Assembly: GCA_031835245.2 (NCBI GenBank)
Contig: JAVKOQ020000039.1
Coordinates: forward strand, 248,001-270,708
DNA length: 22,708 bases
Reading direction: 5' to 3'
Source of the DNA: Balamuthia mandrillaris
Taxonomy: Eukaryota
The position numbers were made by a program, and so were the translations under genes. How positions within the stretch are numbered: position 1 is the stretch's first letter; each line of letters opens with the position of its first letter. The notes beneath the pieces are model-generated. The model was given only the letters and a program-made list of their open reading frames with translations, searched no databases and had not been told where the DNA came from. Shown in pieces: positions 19,112 to 22,708 of the stretch.

Positions 19112-19989
19112 CTATATGATGGAAATTGGTGGTTTTTCTGCCCAGCTAAATTTATATGGACAGTTTTTGGTGGCTGATGGAAAAACTGCCAAAACCACTG
19201 TTTTGGGAAAGCTGCAAAACCGTTACACAAAAATTTGTCCAGAATTTTTGACAGCTTAATTTGACTACCAAAATCCACTGAGTGTACAGGAATTTCAAAG
19301 ATCTTTTTCCTGCTTTCTGTGAAACTTTCCCAAGCCTAGAACTTAAAAATAGAAAAACTAAGAAGTCACTCTCCAACTCCAAGCCTCTTTCCTTCCTTGA
19401 CTTGCTTCTCAACTATAAATACTCTTCTTTTAACAAGAATTACAAAAATGGAAAAAACATAAGGGACTCAAGAAGTAATACTTGATTTTTTTTCTTGGTT
19501 CTATGCTCAGGTTCCTAAAGGTGACTGTTTATTGAAACAAAAAAAAATGAAAACAAAAACAGAAAAAAGCGGCAGAAAGTGGCCACACATCTCATCATAA
19601 GGAGTGCTATAACACCATAGCTTCTGGGTGCCAAGTGTGGTGATATGTGTGCACAAGGTACTGGATTAGTGCAGTGGCCTTGTCACTCATTTTTATGCTT
19701 TGTTCTGCTATATTCCTGGTAGAAAAGCAAATATATATATAGAAACAATGAAGTTACTACAAACCAACAGAAAAGATGTGTTTGCAGGGATTGTGAAAAG
19801 AAACTGGTAGTACACAGAAGTGGTTTAATCTTTTATTTTGTGCTGTCTCCCTTTCCTTTTGTTCACTTTCTTCTGGTCTTATTTTTGATTAAAAAGGTAC
19901 TTCTCAGACAAAAGAAATCAAAAATGGTAAATCTCCATAAAGAATAAAGTCAGTCAGGTCATTTCCCTTACTCACCTAGTTGTCACATG

Positions 19990-20345
19990 TCTTTCCAAAA
20001 TTGGTTCCTTAAAAGTAAAGACCAGGTAGTAGGCAAATCCCTTTCTTTTTTCCCCCAGATCTGATAAGGAGAGGAAACCTCATCTTTTTTCATACAAACA
20101 AGAAGAACCTTAATCAATAGCAAAGATTGCCAGGAAGAAAATGTTTTAAACCTGGACATAATGCTATTAATGTGTAACTTGAAAAAAAAGAGAGAAACAG
20201 CAATGCTCTTGACGGTTGCTATTTCAGAAAAAGAAAAGGCATTCAAGGTTTGTGTTCCTTCATAAGTGTATATAGCCATAGCTTATTAATCAATCTTGTT
20301 GAACAGAACGAAATATCCCCACAATTCCAAGCAATTTGTTGCATA
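19990..20345 (-). pseudogene. Possible LINE APE-endonuclease N-terminal remnant
   Basis: MQQIAWNCG followed, after frameshifts, by an ECLF(F)SEIAT-like segment resembles the APE WN and xLxE motifs. Heavily decayed. Confidence 0.3.
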
Positions 20346-20595
20346 CTTTTACTTTACTTTATGTTAAACTTTTACTGCTGATGATCTGGCCTTTAAAGTA
20401 TACCCAGAATTTCTGCTACTCTTCTGCTTATCACCTTGCAAAAATAACCAAAGAAATAATTATTATTTTGATTTTGTTAGACAACAAACAGCATGATGGA
20501 AGCTCTCTTGTGCTTTGCTCCACCTAGAGGACAAGCAGAAGATCAAGGGCCATGATTCTTGTTCCCAGCACTACAAGCTAGACATTATCTACATA

Positions 20596-21343
20596 AATGA
20601 CAATGGCTGCCTTCACCGTCACTTTCCTCCCCTCAGGAATAACTTCCTTTGTCCTTCTCAAGAAGCACAGTGTTTCTGTTGAGAGACATTTCACAAAGTA
20701 TGTGGATTCCCAGGATCTGTTGCTGTTAAAAAACAACAAGCACTTGTACCAAAACAACAATGAGTAGGTGCTGAAACAGGTTGCACTCCAAGAGTGGCAA
20801 TGTTCTTTACATAAATGTAACAAAAGAGAAGGCCCACAGGGTTTTTTGGATTTTCTACAGCTGCACCTCAAATTATTGCATGACAACCTCTCCCAGGTCT
20901 GCCCTCATGTCATAGCCTCTTTCTCTACCCCCGTCTGGTGGCAACAAACGGAGCAAAAGCAGGTCTATGTAGATGTTCCCAAGTTTACTGAATGCGACTT
21001 CTACATTCTAGGAACAATGGTTTTCAGAGATGGTGGAGGTGAGGGCTAAAGAAATGATTCAGCGACTGATGTCATTGATCTTTGCCAATGCCATGAAGGT
21101 CATGTGAGAAGCAAACTCTTCAAGTACCTCTTGCACTACAACAAACTTATTTACCAAAAAGCGGTGGACTTCCGATTGGGTTCCTACTCCTCTGTCATCA
21201 ATTGCCATTTTGAGAAGGACCCCATTGGCTTCATGTTGCACTTGTGTGATGAGCTAACTATGTGAAAGTTTGAAGAGACCTACTTCAAGGTCACCATTCC
21301 ATCGAAGGAACAACACCATGCACACATATTTGTCCTGGACCAG
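20596..21343 (+). pseudogene. Intronless pseudogene of unrecognised family
   Basis: A single frame of ~250 codons with only three stops (TAG, TAA, TGA), each reachable by a C-to-T transition. It reads ...RSKLFKYLLHYNKLIYQKAVDFRLGSY...KFEETYFKVTIPSKEQHHAHIFVLDQ. Confidence 0.55.
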
Positions 21344-21475
21344 CTGAATGTAACAAGGGAAATCGCAGTTAAAAAAGGAGGAGGAGGAGGTGGTAAGTGC
21401 TTGTAACATGAAAAAGCAGATCAAAATGTTTCAGGCAGTGTTGGCAGCTCAATCAGCCTGGTAGCCACACTCAGA
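21344..21475 (-). ncRNA. Putative Fanzor omega-RNA scaffold region (decayed, possibly partial)
   Basis: Located at the ORF 3' end and presumed right end, where TnpB/Fanzor guide RNAs are encoded. An imperfect 9-bp inverted repeat pairs 21349-21357 with 21400-21408. The minus strand ends in TTCAG. There is no expression evidence. Confidence 0.35.
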
Positions 21476-22020
21476 TGCACAGAGGTTCGTGATGCTGTTC
21501 TTTTTTAAACAAAAGAATTCATTAGTGAGTGGTTGGTAACAAATTTTTTTTCCATCATCAAAAACTGTAGTGAGCAAGCAGAGAAAAAGGCATGCTACCT
21601 TTTCAATCAGAGCAGTGCCCCTGCCTGCAGCTGAACTGCTTCGGTTTCCACCTCTGCCTCCTTCTGCTGGTTTCCTCCTTGTGTAGTAGAAGTGTTGCAA
21701 TCAGAAATATGGTAGGGCGTGGAGCTTCGTGGATGTGTGTGTCTGTGTGTTTACTTTTGAAAAGAAAGAAAAGAAAAGAAGAGAAGAGAAGAGAAGAAAA
21801 GAAAACGAGTAGAAGAAAAGTGTCAAGGTGAATAATGAGTATTAAAAGTTTATTGGCAGCAGCAGCAAGAGCATCCATTCCATTCACCCTACCCAACCCA
21901 CCACTTTGCCCTCACAGACATGGGAGAAGGAGGGTTGTTTTGGCGGGAAACATGCTCATTGGCCCAAAAGACTAATGTCGTGATTTCTTTTTTTTGTTGT
22001 CCTTTGATCTTGGGCCGCCT
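21344..22020 (-). mobile_element. Internally deleted non-autonomous Fanzor element (left end + Fanzor C-terminal remnant + putative omega-RNA/right end)
   Basis: 22022-21476 is a copy of the 1558-1008 left end. It is fused to CASECGYQAD*AANTA*NILICF, which with CpG decay reversed reads CASECGYQADRAANAARNILIRF (TnpB/Fanzor zinc finger and RuvC-III). The right boundary is inferred. Confidence 0.78.
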
Positions 22021-22249
22021 TACAATTTGCCCTGTGCGAGTGCAACAGCTAATAGGTTGGTTATTTTTAAGGAAAGCAGACGAAATTCCCACCTAAAAAC
22101 GATCAACGTCGCCAAGTGCTTGGAAAAGTTGGTGGGGGGGTTGCTGCGGAGGGGAAAAACTAGTAACCAAGAAGAAAGAAAGAGCCAAGGCTGCTGCCCT
22201 CCTTGTTGCGAGTATCTTGCTTAATCCTCCCTTTCCATTTCCATCAACA

Positions 22250-22689
22250 ATGTCACTGGCAAATCAAAGTGGGCGTGGCAGTGTCATTCCTCCTCCTGAC
22301 GATATACCGGTACCACTCCTTCCCATTTGCCTCCTCTCTTCAGCTTTCGTCGATTTGACCCTTTGAACCAATTGATATGTTCACCTCTTAAGTTGGATGA
22401 TGATGAAGGGGGCAATCCATTTGCAGAAGGGGGTAAGTACTGATGGTATTGATTCGAACATTCTTTCTCAACGTCACTCGACAAACCTAAGGAGGACAAG
22501 GCACTCGCAGTGGTCCCGTTCCCAATTATGGAGACGGGGGCGGCTATGCAGATAACTATGGTCTAGACGATGACGACGACGATTTTAATCCTTACAGTGA
22601 ACCTACAAGCTCTGCTCCTAGCCTCAGTGTCCCCCAGACATCTACCGCTGCAGCAAGGCCACACAGTACACCTGAGCTGCAGTTTGAAG
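22250..22689 (+). CDS. 5' part of an unidentified spliced host gene (exons 22250-22309, 22393-22432, 22492-22689; continues beyond window)
   Basis: Phase-consistent GT-AG introns give MSLANQSGRGSVIPPPDDIPLDDDEGGNPFAEGGGQGTRSG...DDDDDFNPYSEP...ELQFE. It is acidic, low-complexity and contains an NPF motif. CpG content returns to normal here. Confidence 0.65.
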
Positions 22690-22708
22690 GTATACTTTAC
22701 GTTGTAGA

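Noticed and set aside
18399..19290. Possible Tc1/pogo-like ends (TACAGTC... and ...GAGTGTA) around LINE copy 2
   Set aside because: The inverted match does not extend beyond a few bases.
1008..22022. The two 550-bp direct repeats as LTRs of one 21-kb element
   Set aside because: They enclose ordinary housekeeping genes and lack TG...CA ends. Each is attached to Fanzor sequence on the same side, so they are independent insertions.
1..22708. CRISPR array, tRNA or rRNA genes
   Set aside because: No regularly spaced repeat-spacer units or recognisable structural RNA motifs were seen by eye. A covariance search was not possible.

Overview
Intron-rich eukaryotic DNA with short GT-AG introns and GA microsatellites (protist-like; organism not determinable from sequence alone). 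The left half holds four host genes: a Gon7-like KEOPS subunit (+), a Regnase/Zc3h12-type NYN ribonuclease with a duplicated N-terminal domain (-), eIF2-alpha (-), and a Myb-PHD-PHD-ePHD-FYR-SET trithorax/MLL-like methyltransferase (+). About 11.8-21.5 kb is a CpG-depleted nest of decayed transposons: a Ty3/Gypsy element, LTRs, LINE 3' ends with 14-bp TSDs, a MULE transposase and an unknown pseudogene. A further host gene starts at 22250. The highlight is a Fanzor system (eukaryotic TnpB-like, RNA-guided nuclease family). A stop-free Fanzor2-like ORF with an N-terminal C2H2 zinc finger runs from 974 off the left edge on the minus strand and is absent from the ORF track. At ~21344-22020 an internally deleted copy of the same element joins the shared left end to the decayed RuvC-III/zinc-finger tail and the putative omega-RNA/right end. 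Together the two copies allow the element ends, a TAAG TAM and a guide to be predicted.
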